Source: Balanoglossus misakiensis (taxonomy: Eukaryota > Animalia > Hemichordata). From it: DNA of 64,000 bases. Of this stretch, positions 54,753 through 64,000 are shown piece after piece. The notes beneath the pieces were generated by a model. That model had not been told where the DNA came from and ran no database searches. It saw only the letters and a list, made by a program, of their open reading frames with translations. The stretch's first letter is position 1. Each line of letters begins with the position of its first letter. A program made the position numbers and the translations under genes. The DNA lies in assembly GCA_040954595.2 (NCBI GenBank), contig CM082580.2, positions 2,284,783 through 2,348,782 on the forward strand. The letters run 5' to 3'.

Positions 54753-55118
54753 ATGGCGGCCAAGCTCAACTGCATATCAGATAATGCCAAGGAGCGTTTG
54801 AGAGGCATCCTCGCCAGAAGGAGTCGCGTTTCCGGTGACTGTGTGCTCTGGACGGGTGCAGCTTGTCGAAACGGCTATGGCTCTATTACGTTCAAAGATG
54901 AGAACACTCTAACCGCCTATGTCCATCACATTGCACTCCTAATTAACGGAGTGCAATTGGTGGGCAGGCGGTTAGAGTGTTCTCATCTTTGCAACGAAAA
55001 GCTATGCATCCGCCCAGAGCACATTGTCCAGGAAACGCGACTCCTAAACATTTCACGAAAGACGTGCTTTAAATCCCCAAAAGGGGAGTGTCACCACGAT
55101 CCCAGGTGCCTAAGGTGA
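54753..55118 (+). CDS. His-Me finger (His-Cys box, I-PpoI-like zinc-binding loop) endonuclease
   Basis: CVLWTG..RNGYG.I..YVHH.A..LECSHLCNEKLCIRPEHI..E..N..R..C....CHHDPRC. Confidence 0.85.
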   Translation: MAAKLNCISDNAKERLRGILARRSRVSGDCVLWTGAACRNGYGSITFKDENTLTAYVHHIALLINGVQLVGRRLECSHLCNEKLCIRPEHIVQETRLLNISRKTCFKSPKGECHHDPRCLR

Positions 55119-55959
55119 GTAATCCTCTTCTCATTTGATATGTATTGTGTGACCCTGCAGTTGAAACGCTTTCATCAATAATTTGCGGCGCGTGGGTAAT
55201 CTCGGTGTTATTGACAATGCGAGATTTTATACATAAGGAACAATCTAGATTTATTTTAGAAGACACTGTTCTTTTAAAACAGCTAGCATAATACAGCTAA
55301 ATTTCGGAATTTCCGGACAATTTTCGGAATTCCTTTTAAATTTGACAAATTTTTCATCAGATATAAGTGTTACTATTTATTGGACATGTTTTTATCATTG
55401 TTTACTTTTTAAGGTCATTCTCACCCCCCCCCCCAAAAAAAAAGCCGCTTTAGGCTTCATGTTCAGTAAACAATCTGGAAAGTTCAGCTGAATTTTACAC
55501 TGATCACATATTTTTGGGAAGGTCTGGCGCAAAATAAAGGATGACCAATGTAAATCTAATGTCACATTTGTAAACCTCTAAGTATTGTACACCCATTCTA
55601 TTAAGTATATGCAAATGGTACGGATAATTTTTTCGGAATGTGGAATTCCGAAATTAGTTCGGAACGTGTTAGCTGTGAAGAGATCACCACTGAGGGTTGG
55701 AAGGCCTTGCCAGAAATTAACGCGTAAAGTACGCCCTCACAGGCCATGTAAACAAGGTCAAATAAGACCGTCTGGCAAACGAATGACGCGCCATTTGAGC
55801 CGAGCTGAGTTGGTCTGAGTTGCGTATCACACAGACTTAGGCTGAATGTCAGTGGAGTAACCAGTCCGTTTTAGATTTACCAATGATGTGAATTTAATTT
55901 CTTCACCCAGAAAAACAGAACACAACTTGTCTGCAACATGATGCTGACTGTGACACATG

Positions 55960-56830
55960 ACAGAGAAGTGGATCCGCGTTGTCAACACAGATGCCAGCAT
56001 TCAAAAGGGGAGTGCCACCTGCTGAAATCAACTCATCTGCTGTGGGCCTGTTTATCTGTGGCAACTGTTCAGAGGAGACAACGTTTATTCCGTGCAAGCC
56101 AACACCGATGCAAGCATTCATGTGAGTGAGTATCAGTACTGACCTTGTATTTGCTGAATAATTCATAATGCCTATTTTAGAATTCTTAGAGGCATTTGGA
56201 GAGTTCATTGCCTGGACAACCAAACTACACCCCTTAACAGCTGAAACAAAATGCGTATTGTGTTCATTCATTCATTGCATCAATATATATAGGCAACATG
56301 AGTATCAAGTAGCACTATTTGTTTACGATTGTATTCATGAAAACTTCCCACTAACAATTCCACAGTACTTCGTTAATATTGAACACATTTATCCAACAAG
56401 GTCAAAAGAAAAAGGGAATCTTCTGGTTCCAAAATACGCCACAAATGTGGGTCAACATACAGTGAAATATTATGGTGCTCAAATATGCAACATATCAAAT
56501 CTGTCTCATCAAAGTCATGCTTTAAAAAAGAATTGAAAAAGTATTATTTATCCATTTGACTGCTGTATTTTCAGAAGGAAAACAAACTGAATTTGGTTTT
56601 TCATGTACAAACTCGCATTAGTATCGCCCTGTATTAAATTCTGCAATTGTATGTTGTGTGGGGGACTGGACTCGACTAGTGTTACACAATTTTCTAGTCC
56701 CCTCCCATCTTATACCTATTGTATTCGTCATTCCTTTGTTAATTTTGTTTATTTGTGTCAGAATAAGGGAAATAAACATATTATTATTATTATTATTATA
56801 TTTTGTGTATTCCTAGCACTGGCCAATAAG
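55960..56830 (+). repeat. Diverged B-like unit interrupted by a LINE 3' fragment (~56290-56798)
   Basis: Shares CACAGATGCCAGCATTC, CTCATCTGCTGTGGGCC, TAGAATTCTT and TTCATTCATTCATTGC with B. The insert reads ..HIYPTRSK...YYGAQICN.. and ends AATAAA + (ATT)n. Confidence 0.65.
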
Positions 56831-58870
56831 CTTGGCACCTGTTGAAATGAACTCATCTGCTGTGGGCCAGTTTATTGGTGGCAGTTGAGCAGAGGAGAGC
56901 ACCTTCTTTCCCGGCACGCCACCAAGTAAAGTTCCACGCCGCCCACCACAGATGCCAGCATTCATTCATGCGAGTGAGTGTAATTGCAAATTTGCCTATT
57001 CTAGAATTCTTACGTGCCATTGGAGAGCTCCACTGCCTGGTCATTCATACTGTTTTCATTCATTCATTGCGGCATCAATATATTTTATCTATTCTAGCCG
57101 AGGAGCTTGGCACCTGTTGAAATGAACTCATCTGCTGTGGGCCAGTTTATTGGTGGCAGTTGAGCAGAGGAGAGCACCTTCTTTCCCGGCACGCCACCAA
57201 GTAAAGTTCCACGCCGCCCACCACAGATGCCAGCATTCATTCATGCGAGTGAGTGTAATTGCAAATTTGCCTATTCTAGATCTGTAATGGAAATGGAGAA
57301 AGTACCTTATATTTTCTGTAAAATAGACATTTAATTGGCAAGCCGTCCTGCATCAATTATTAATTCAGTACATGCACTGAAGCGCCCTCACAGCTGGGTG
57401 TGTTGTGTGGTCAAATCAGAGTACTTTCTGCAATTTCAAGACAGATCTTACGTGCCATTGGAGAGCTCCACTGCCTGGTCATTCATACTGTTTTCATTCA
57501 TTCATTGCGGCATCAATATATTTTATCTATTCTAGCCGAGGAGCTTGGCACCTGTTGAAATGAACTCATCTGCTGTGGGCCAGTTTATTGGTGGCAGTTG
57601 AGCAGAGGAGAGCACCTTCTTTCCCGGCACGCCACCAAGTAAAGTTCCATGCCGCCCACCACAGATGCCAGCATTCATTCATGCGAGTGAGTGTAATTGC
57701 AAATTTGCCTATTCTAGAATTCTTACGTGCCATTGGAGAGCTCCACTGCCTGGTCATTCATACTGTTTTCATTCATTCATTGCGGCATCAATATATTTTA
57801 TCTATTCTAGCCGAGGAGCTTGGCACCTGTTGAAATGAACTCATCTGCTGTGGGCCAGTTTATTGGTGGCAGTTGAGCAGAGGAGAGCACCTTCTTTCCC
57901 GGCACGCCACCAAGTAAAGTTCCACGCCGCCCACCACAGATGCCAGCATTCATTCATGCGAGTGAGTGTAATTGCAAATTTGCCTATTCTAGATCTGTAA
58001 TGGAAATGGAGAAAGTACCTTATATTTTCTGTAAAATAGACATTTAATTGGCAAGCCGTCCTGCATCAATTATTAATTCAGTACATGCACTGAAGCGCCC
58101 TCACAGCTGGGTGTGTTGTGTGGTCAAATCAGAGTACTTTCTGCAATTTCAAGACAGATCTTACGTGCCATTGGAGAGCTCCACTGCCTGGTCATTCATA
58201 CTGTTTTCATTCATTCATTGCGGCATCAATATATTTTATCTATTCTAGCCGAGGAGCTTGGCACCTGTTGAAATGAACTCATCTGCTGTGGGCCAGTTTA
58301 TTGGTGGCAGTTGAGCAGAGGAGAGCACCTTCTTTCCCGGCACGCCACCAAGTAAAGTTCCATGCCGCCCACCACAGATGCCAGCATTCATTCATGCGAG
58401 TGAGTGTAATTGCAAATTTGCCTATTCTAGAATTCTTACGTGCCATTGGAGAGCTCCACTGCCTGGTCATTCATACTGTTTTCATTCATTCATTGCGGCA
58501 TCAATATATTTTATCTATTCTAGCCGAGGAGCTTGGCACCTGTTGAAATGAACTCATCTGCTGTGGGCCAGTTTATTGGTGGCAGTTGAGCAGAGGAGAG
58601 CACCTTCTTTCCCGGCACGCCACCAAGTAAAGTTCCACGCCGCCCACCACAGATGCCAGCATTCATTCATGCGAGTGAGTGTAATTGCAAATTTGCCTAT
58701 TCTAGATCTGTAATGGAAATGGAGAAAGTACCTTATATTTTCTGTAAAATAGACATTTAATTGGCAAGCCGTCCTGCATCAATTATTAATTCAGTACATG
58801 CACTGAAGCGCCCTCACAGCTGGGTGTGTTGTGTGGTCAAATCAGAGTACTTTCTGCAATTTCAAGACAG
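56829..58870 (+). repeat. Right terminal array (B-B-A-B-B-A-B-B-A), same orientation as the left array
   Basis: A modules at 57282, 57995 and 58708 (713-bp spacing). The last A ends at 58870, abutting (AT)n. Confidence 0.95.
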
Positions 58871-59189
58871 ATATATATATATATATATACCATCACGATT
58901 TATTTCAAAGCTAATTCATGTATATATTTCTCATCAGACAATGCACACACCATAAATAATGGCTTAAAAATTGTATATTTAAGGGGGAGGGGGTCAGAGC
59001 TTTTTAAACTTTGCTGAAGTGTAATTAAGCTAATGCTAATCACCAATTGATCATGACACTGAAATATACTGGTCTGCAAATGACTTGGGACCCACTGTTG
59101 TCCACAGTTGCTCCACACACACTAGCAGTGACTGTGTGTTATCCAAGGAGTGCAGCATAATTCCCCTTCACTGAAACGATAGAAATAAC

Positions 59190-59310
59190 CTGTCCATAGA
59201 GACTAGGCGAATCTTGCTGCAAATGGGTTTCCTTTTCGTATTATTCTGTTTCTAAAATTGTTTAAATGCAGATTTATTCCTATGGTGTTTTTTGAAGAAT
59301 TCTAAATTAT
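59190..59310 (+). repeat. Dispersed ~115-bp repeat, second copy at ~62245-62360
   Basis: GTCCATA(A)GAGACTAGGCGAATCTTG...TTTTGAAGAATTC is present in both places. Confidence 0.75.
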
Positions 59311-60217
59311 ATAGGAACTCATTTTCTCTGAGTGGGCTCTGGCCTGAGTCTGGTCTCGGTCACTGTAGGCAATAAAGTCAGTCACTTGAATTCTACGTTG
59401 TCGTCCAGTTGAGTGGGTTATGGAAAAATAAATACGTAAACTCTCGTTTAGAACGAGACATTAATTTTTCGAAAGGAAAAACGGACAATTTTCACTACAC
59501 TGTTTATATTACTCATCTGCCATGTCATTCAAAACAAGGATATGTCTATAAAATCGTATACATGTACATATGACGCAGATGCGTGCAGTTTTAGGCTTAC
59601 TGTACAAATTGATTTAAACCTCTAGAGCTGCCACGTTTTGCATTATTTTCATGACTTTATTTTCCAACTTAGATAATCCAAATAAGCTAACTGATATAGG
59701 TATACAGTGTCAGTGAGCAGCCATCAGTCGTTTGACTGGGGTTGTGGGTCAGGCTTATTTCCCAAATAAGGTATATCCTACAATCACTCCACTGATATAA
59801 ATACCGACATGACAAGTGTCACTAGCTCCCCTTTAGAGTCTCATTCACTGTCAGTCCGTAGAGTCTAAATTCAGTCGGGGTACCACTCAGGATCGTAATA
59901 CTTTTAGTAACTGAGTCAGACACCAAGTATTCAATCTCCAACCAAATCTTTAATAATCATCCACTCACTTCAGCTTCCAATTCCATTTTCGAACTCCTCA
60001 AACGGTGTACATCACTCATATTTATATTGTCAAAATTCACTTAGTCAGCTTTCTTACAATGAGTCATCTTTTAAAATTAGAAAGTTCAATGCCTTCTACT
60101 TGATCATCCAACACGTGAGGTACGCTGTAATTTTGTGTAAACACCAATGTTACTTTTGGTTCCAGGGACCACAATAATTTTATTTATTACGTAACAAAAC
60201 TACAGGTCAAAATGAGG

Positions 60218-60645
60218 ATAATAATAATAATAATAATAATAATATTTAATTCTTAAAAAACGCTTTCCATGTAAAAAGACATCCAAAAGCGCTGTACATC
60301 GCTGCTTAAAAAGACAAAGACAAGTAAAATGCTAAAAATGTATAATAACAAAAAATAGACAATGGTTAAAAATGGATAAAAAAGTCATTCCCTGAATAAA
60401 AACGTTTTAAGGCTGGATTTAAAAACATTAAAATTCTCACTGCTACGGAGTGGAACCGGTAGCTTATTCCACAACCGTGGTGCTCCTGTAGAGAATGACC
60501 TGTCACCATAAAAGACTGTGTTAACTTTGGGATGATCAAGAATAAAAGAACAATCAGTTGTAGAACGAAGGTTACGGACAGAAGAACGAACACTTATGAG
60601 CTCCTTCAGGTACGACGGAGCCATATTATTTAAAACTTTAAAACT
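60218..60645 (-). mobile_element. 5'-truncated L2/CR1-type LINE 3' end
   Basis: APSYLKELI..RNLRS..GDRSFS..APRLWNKLP..FKSSLKTFLF followed by a (TTA)n tail. Confidence 0.85.
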
Positions 60646-61656
60646 TTTTATTCACGCTCTACACAGCACCACTAGAGGATATTATAGTAGGCCATAATCT
60701 TGACTACATGATGTACGCTGATGACACACAGATGTACATTATCTGCAATAAACCTGAAGATGTTAGCGCCGGCGTTAAAATGTGCGTTGATGATATTCGC
60801 GGATGGATGAGAAGTAACATGCTGGTGCTCAACGATAACAAGACCGAAGTTATTCATTTTTCATCACGCTTGAAACACGATATGGCAGAACTGCATAACC
60901 TCAGGATCGGTAAACTTAACATCACTTCATCTCCTTTCGTTCGGAATCTTGGTGTTATTCTCAACAGGGATGGCTTTATGTGTGAACATATCAGTCAACT
61001 TTGTAGGAACGCATATTTCTCTTTATCAAGAATCGGTAAAATTCGTAAATTACTCGACAAGCCCACTACCGAGAAACTCATTCATGCATTCGTTACCTCT
61101 AGACTCGACTATTGTAACAGTCTGTTCTATGGCATCTCAAATGACCAGCTGATCCGTCTGCAGTCTGTTCAAAATGCAGCAGCCCGTCTCGTCACAGGTA
61201 CACGCAAATATGACCACATCACCCCTGTTTTTATTGATTTACACTGGTTACCTGTGAAAGCTCGTATACAATTCAAAATTTTATTGACTACTTTTAAGAT
61301 TGTTAGAGGTGGTGCACCGCTTTATCTGACCGATTTAATTGATCTGTACGTACCGTCAAGAAATCTGCGATCTTCTGAGAAATTACGTTTAACTCCTCCT
61401 CGCGGATATTTTAATAAGTCCTATGGTCAGAGAGCTTTTTCGGTATGTGCCCCTTTGCTGTGGAATGCACTGCCTTCAGAAATTCGTTGTGCCAGAAATA
61501 CTACTTCTTTTAAACGTTGTTTGAAGACCCATCTTTTTAACAAGTTTTACTCGTAACTGCAGTAGTTGTTTTTTGTATCTTTTTAATACTTGTGTTCAGC
61601 GCACTGAGACGTTTGTGGAGTGCGTTTTTAAGAATTAAATATTATTATTATTATTA
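60646..61656 (+). mobile_element. 5'-truncated L2/CR1-type LINE (RT C-terminal part)
   Basis: YADDTQ, LNDNKTE, VRNLGV, SRLDYCNS, LHWLPV, LWNALP, LKTHLF and a (TTA)n tail. Confidence 0.92.
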
Positions 61657-61866
61657 TCGTCGAGTCGCCGCAAAACCAAAGTGTCCGGTTTTCCAAACAT
61701 CGAAACATTTCCTTCTCGTCGAACTGTTTGACTTTACACGAGGAAAAGTTGTACACCATATCACTCTCCCAATAACCATCAAAGATTGGTACAGGAAGAT
61801 CTGGTCCACACAGTGGTGGATCTGGAATGTACTTCTTCTGCGATACGTCACCTTTCCCGTTTGAAC
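61655..61866 (-). pseudogene. NXPE-family (PC-esterase, GDS motif) exon, truncated by a LINE
   Basis: The acceptor at 61867 is followed by SNGK...PLCGPDLPVPIFDGYWE...CKVKQF...CLENRTLWFCGDSTI, which runs into the LINE tail. Not shown in the ORF track. Confidence 0.6.
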
Positions 61867-62360
61867 CTTAGAAGGCAAATACAGATAATATACGGTCTCA
61901 CAAAGAAGATGACAAAGGGCATATGTTTACCAATCCCTCCCCCTCCTGTCGTACGACGTAGATTCTAACAAACAGATTATTGACGACCCAATGTCATATT
62001 ATGATTGCAATCAGCGGGCTCACACAATTGCGTATAGTATTGAGCGTACATGTATTAGTATTCAATCACACACGAAAATTTAAGATGGCGTCGCCAATTG
62101 TCGGTTCGAAATGTCCGGAATGCGTATAGGCCTTCTCTTTTGGAGAAAAGAAAGGTGAAAATATATTTACCTTTTATCTGAATTGTGATCGGGTTGGCAG
62201 CAAATGGAACCTTCATGTAGTCACTGAAACGATAGACATAACTTGTCCATAAGAGACTAGGCGAATCTTGTTGCAAATGGTTTTCCCTTTCGTATTATTC
62301 TGTTTCTAAAATTGTTTAAATGCAGATTAATTCCTATGGTGTTTTTTGAAGAATTCCAAA

Positions 62361-63058
62361 CTAACGGGCCACTTAAAAAAACGCATATGCACTGAGGTTG
62401 CAAAAAATAAGCACATTTTTAATCCCCCCGAAAAAGAATCGCGTCAAGGACACGGTGGTCCCATTGAGGGATTTCACAAGAAAAAGTCTACACCGGAGTA
62501 CATGGCCATATACAGACAGACAGACACACACACACACATATAGCGAGAGATCAATAAGCAAACACTGACTGACCCATAAGCTGCCAATGGCATCTGTAAT
62601 GTACATACACTAAATAGAACAGCTGCCCTCCTGAAAGCTTAGCTAGTTATGCAATCATGAAGGAATTTGCTGTATACATGTATATAAATCACAGGAGGGG
62701 GTTCCTGCCTAATTGAAACAACTCAATAAAGTAAATACACACCACTTTGCAAAGCAGTCTGACCAGTAGTTCTTGAGTTACTGAGTTTTGACCAAGTTCA
62801 CATTTTTCCAGCTAATGACAAATGTTCCTATTTTTTTTGCAAATTGCCCTGCGTTTTTTTTTTTTTCAAATTGCCTGTTGTTTTTTTTTTTTGGGGGGGG
62901 GGACAAATGTTCTTATTTTTTTTTTTTTTTTGCAAATTGCTCTGCGTTATTTTTTTCAAAATGCCTGTTTGTTTGTTTGTTTGTTTGTTTTTCGGGGGGA
63001 TTAAAAATGTGCTTATTGTTGCAACCTCAGTGCATCTGCATTTTAAGTGGCCTGTTAG
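62361..63058. repeat. ~70-bp inverted repeat pair (MITE-like ends)
   Basis: CTAACGGGCCACTTAAAA...AATCCCCCCGAAA versus TTTCGGGGGGATT...TTTTAAGTGGCCTGTTAG. Confidence 0.6.
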
Positions 63059-63567
63059 TTTTTGGGTGACACATGTGTGCGTTTTTTTTCCGGTGACAAA
63101 TATCTCCGTTTTTTATGGCTAACATGTTCGTGTTTTTCTATGTTTGCCTGTGTTCTTTGTTCTGGGGGTGTGCATTTTTTTCAAGTTGTAGTCTCTCTTT
63201 TTTAGTACAATGTGTGTTCTTTTCAATACTTAGTGTGTATTTTTTGTGGGGGTGAAGTGTGCGTTTCTCGTGAAAAATGTGCGCATGGTTTTTTTGTGAC
63301 AAATTAGTGATTTTTTTTTGCAACTGCCTTGTGGACGTTTTTTTGGTAAGCTTGGTGGGTTTTTTTTGACAACAGGTGAGATTTTCTTCTGTGTGTGTTA
63401 GTTTTTTTGTTTGTTTGTTTTTTGACTCCACGATGGATTATTATTTATACACTCGTTGATTTTTAAACCACCAATCAGTTTTTTGTGTTTTTTACGTATT
63501 TTTTTTTTAAAAGACATCAATTTTCTATAAAATAATGATAAATAATTTTGAAACACTTGGCGCGCCG

Positions 63568-63880
63568 TATGGGTTATAGCTCATGAAAATCATCAAAAAA
63601 TGACAATTTTTCGACTTTGAAAATTTTCAAAATTTCGTCGATTTTTGAAAAAAATCATGGGTTATAGCTCATGAAAATCATCAAAAAATGACAATTTTTC
63701 GTCTTTGAAAATGTTCAAAAATTCTTCATTTTTGATAAAAATCATGGGTTATAGCTCATGAAAATCATCAAAAAATGAAAATTTTTCGACTTTGCGAAAT
63801 CTCCAAATTTCGTGGATTTTTGAAAAAAATCATGGGTTAGATTTCGTCAGTTTTGGATATTTTTCATTGGTTATAGCTCA
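63568..63880. repeat. ~88-90 bp tandem repeat
   Basis: ATGGGTTATAGCTCATGAAAATCATCAAAAAATG repeated about 3.5 times. Confidence 0.85.
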
Positions 63881-64000
63881 AAAACGAGAAATTTTGGGCT
63901 TTGCCAACTTTGGTGTATTTGTCAGTTTTGGAATAGAACAGCGTTATTCCTACTTTGTATATAAGTAAGGTCACATTTACATCAGAACAATTTCTTTTGA

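Larger units (their letters stand above)
34345..58870. mobile_element. ~24.5 kb composite DNA-transposon-like unit with long terminal direct-repeat arrays, inserted in (AT)n
   Basis: Starts ATAT|CTGTAATGG and ends CAAGACAG|ATAT. Both termini are copies of the same 163-bp module. The interior has Sola1-like transposase halves, a SET gene and a His-Me nuclease gene. Confidence 0.75.

Noticed and set aside
34345-58870. LTR retrotransposon or endogenous virus/Polinton
   Set aside because: No gag, RT, integrase, pPolB, capsid or packaging ATPase is recognisable, and the ends are not TG..CA.
34398-58955. Repeated 63-81 aa ORFs (MASRP.., MVAVEQ.., MTRQW..) as a gene family
   Set aside because: They are by-products of the tandem repeat, mostly with non-ATG starts, no domain, and overlapping on both strands.
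62788-63431. Phe-rich and Lys-rich ORFs
   Set aside because: Low-complexity T-rich sequence.

Overview
Eukaryotic genomic DNA with spliceosomal introns. Gene and repeat content suggests a marine invertebrate deuterostome (hemichordate/echinoderm-like); this is inference only. The left half holds host genes: the 3' exons of a receptor tyrosine kinase, two tandem 3CxxC zinc-finger (RTP/ZAR1-like) genes, a secreted fibrinogen-domain protein, orphan aldo-keto reductase exons and a frameshifted heparan sulfate 3-O-sulfotransferase. It also has a decayed PIF/Harbinger element and several MITEs. The main feature is a ~24.5 kb mobile unit at 34345-58870 that sits in an (AT)n tract. It begins and ends with the same 163-bp module (CTGT...ACAG), embedded in direct-repeat arrays built from 163-bp and 275-bp units. 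Inside it, a Sola1-like transposase appears split into two divergently oriented halves (DNA-binding half and DDD catalytic half). It also carries a winged-helix+SET-domain gene and a His-Me finger endonuclease gene. An intact ISL2EU-type element (THAP-DDE transposase plus SAP-SWIM-YqaJ) has inserted into the DNA-binding half. The right end has L2/CR1-type LINE 3' fragments and a truncated NXPE-family exon. All family assignments come from motif recognition; no database searches were run.
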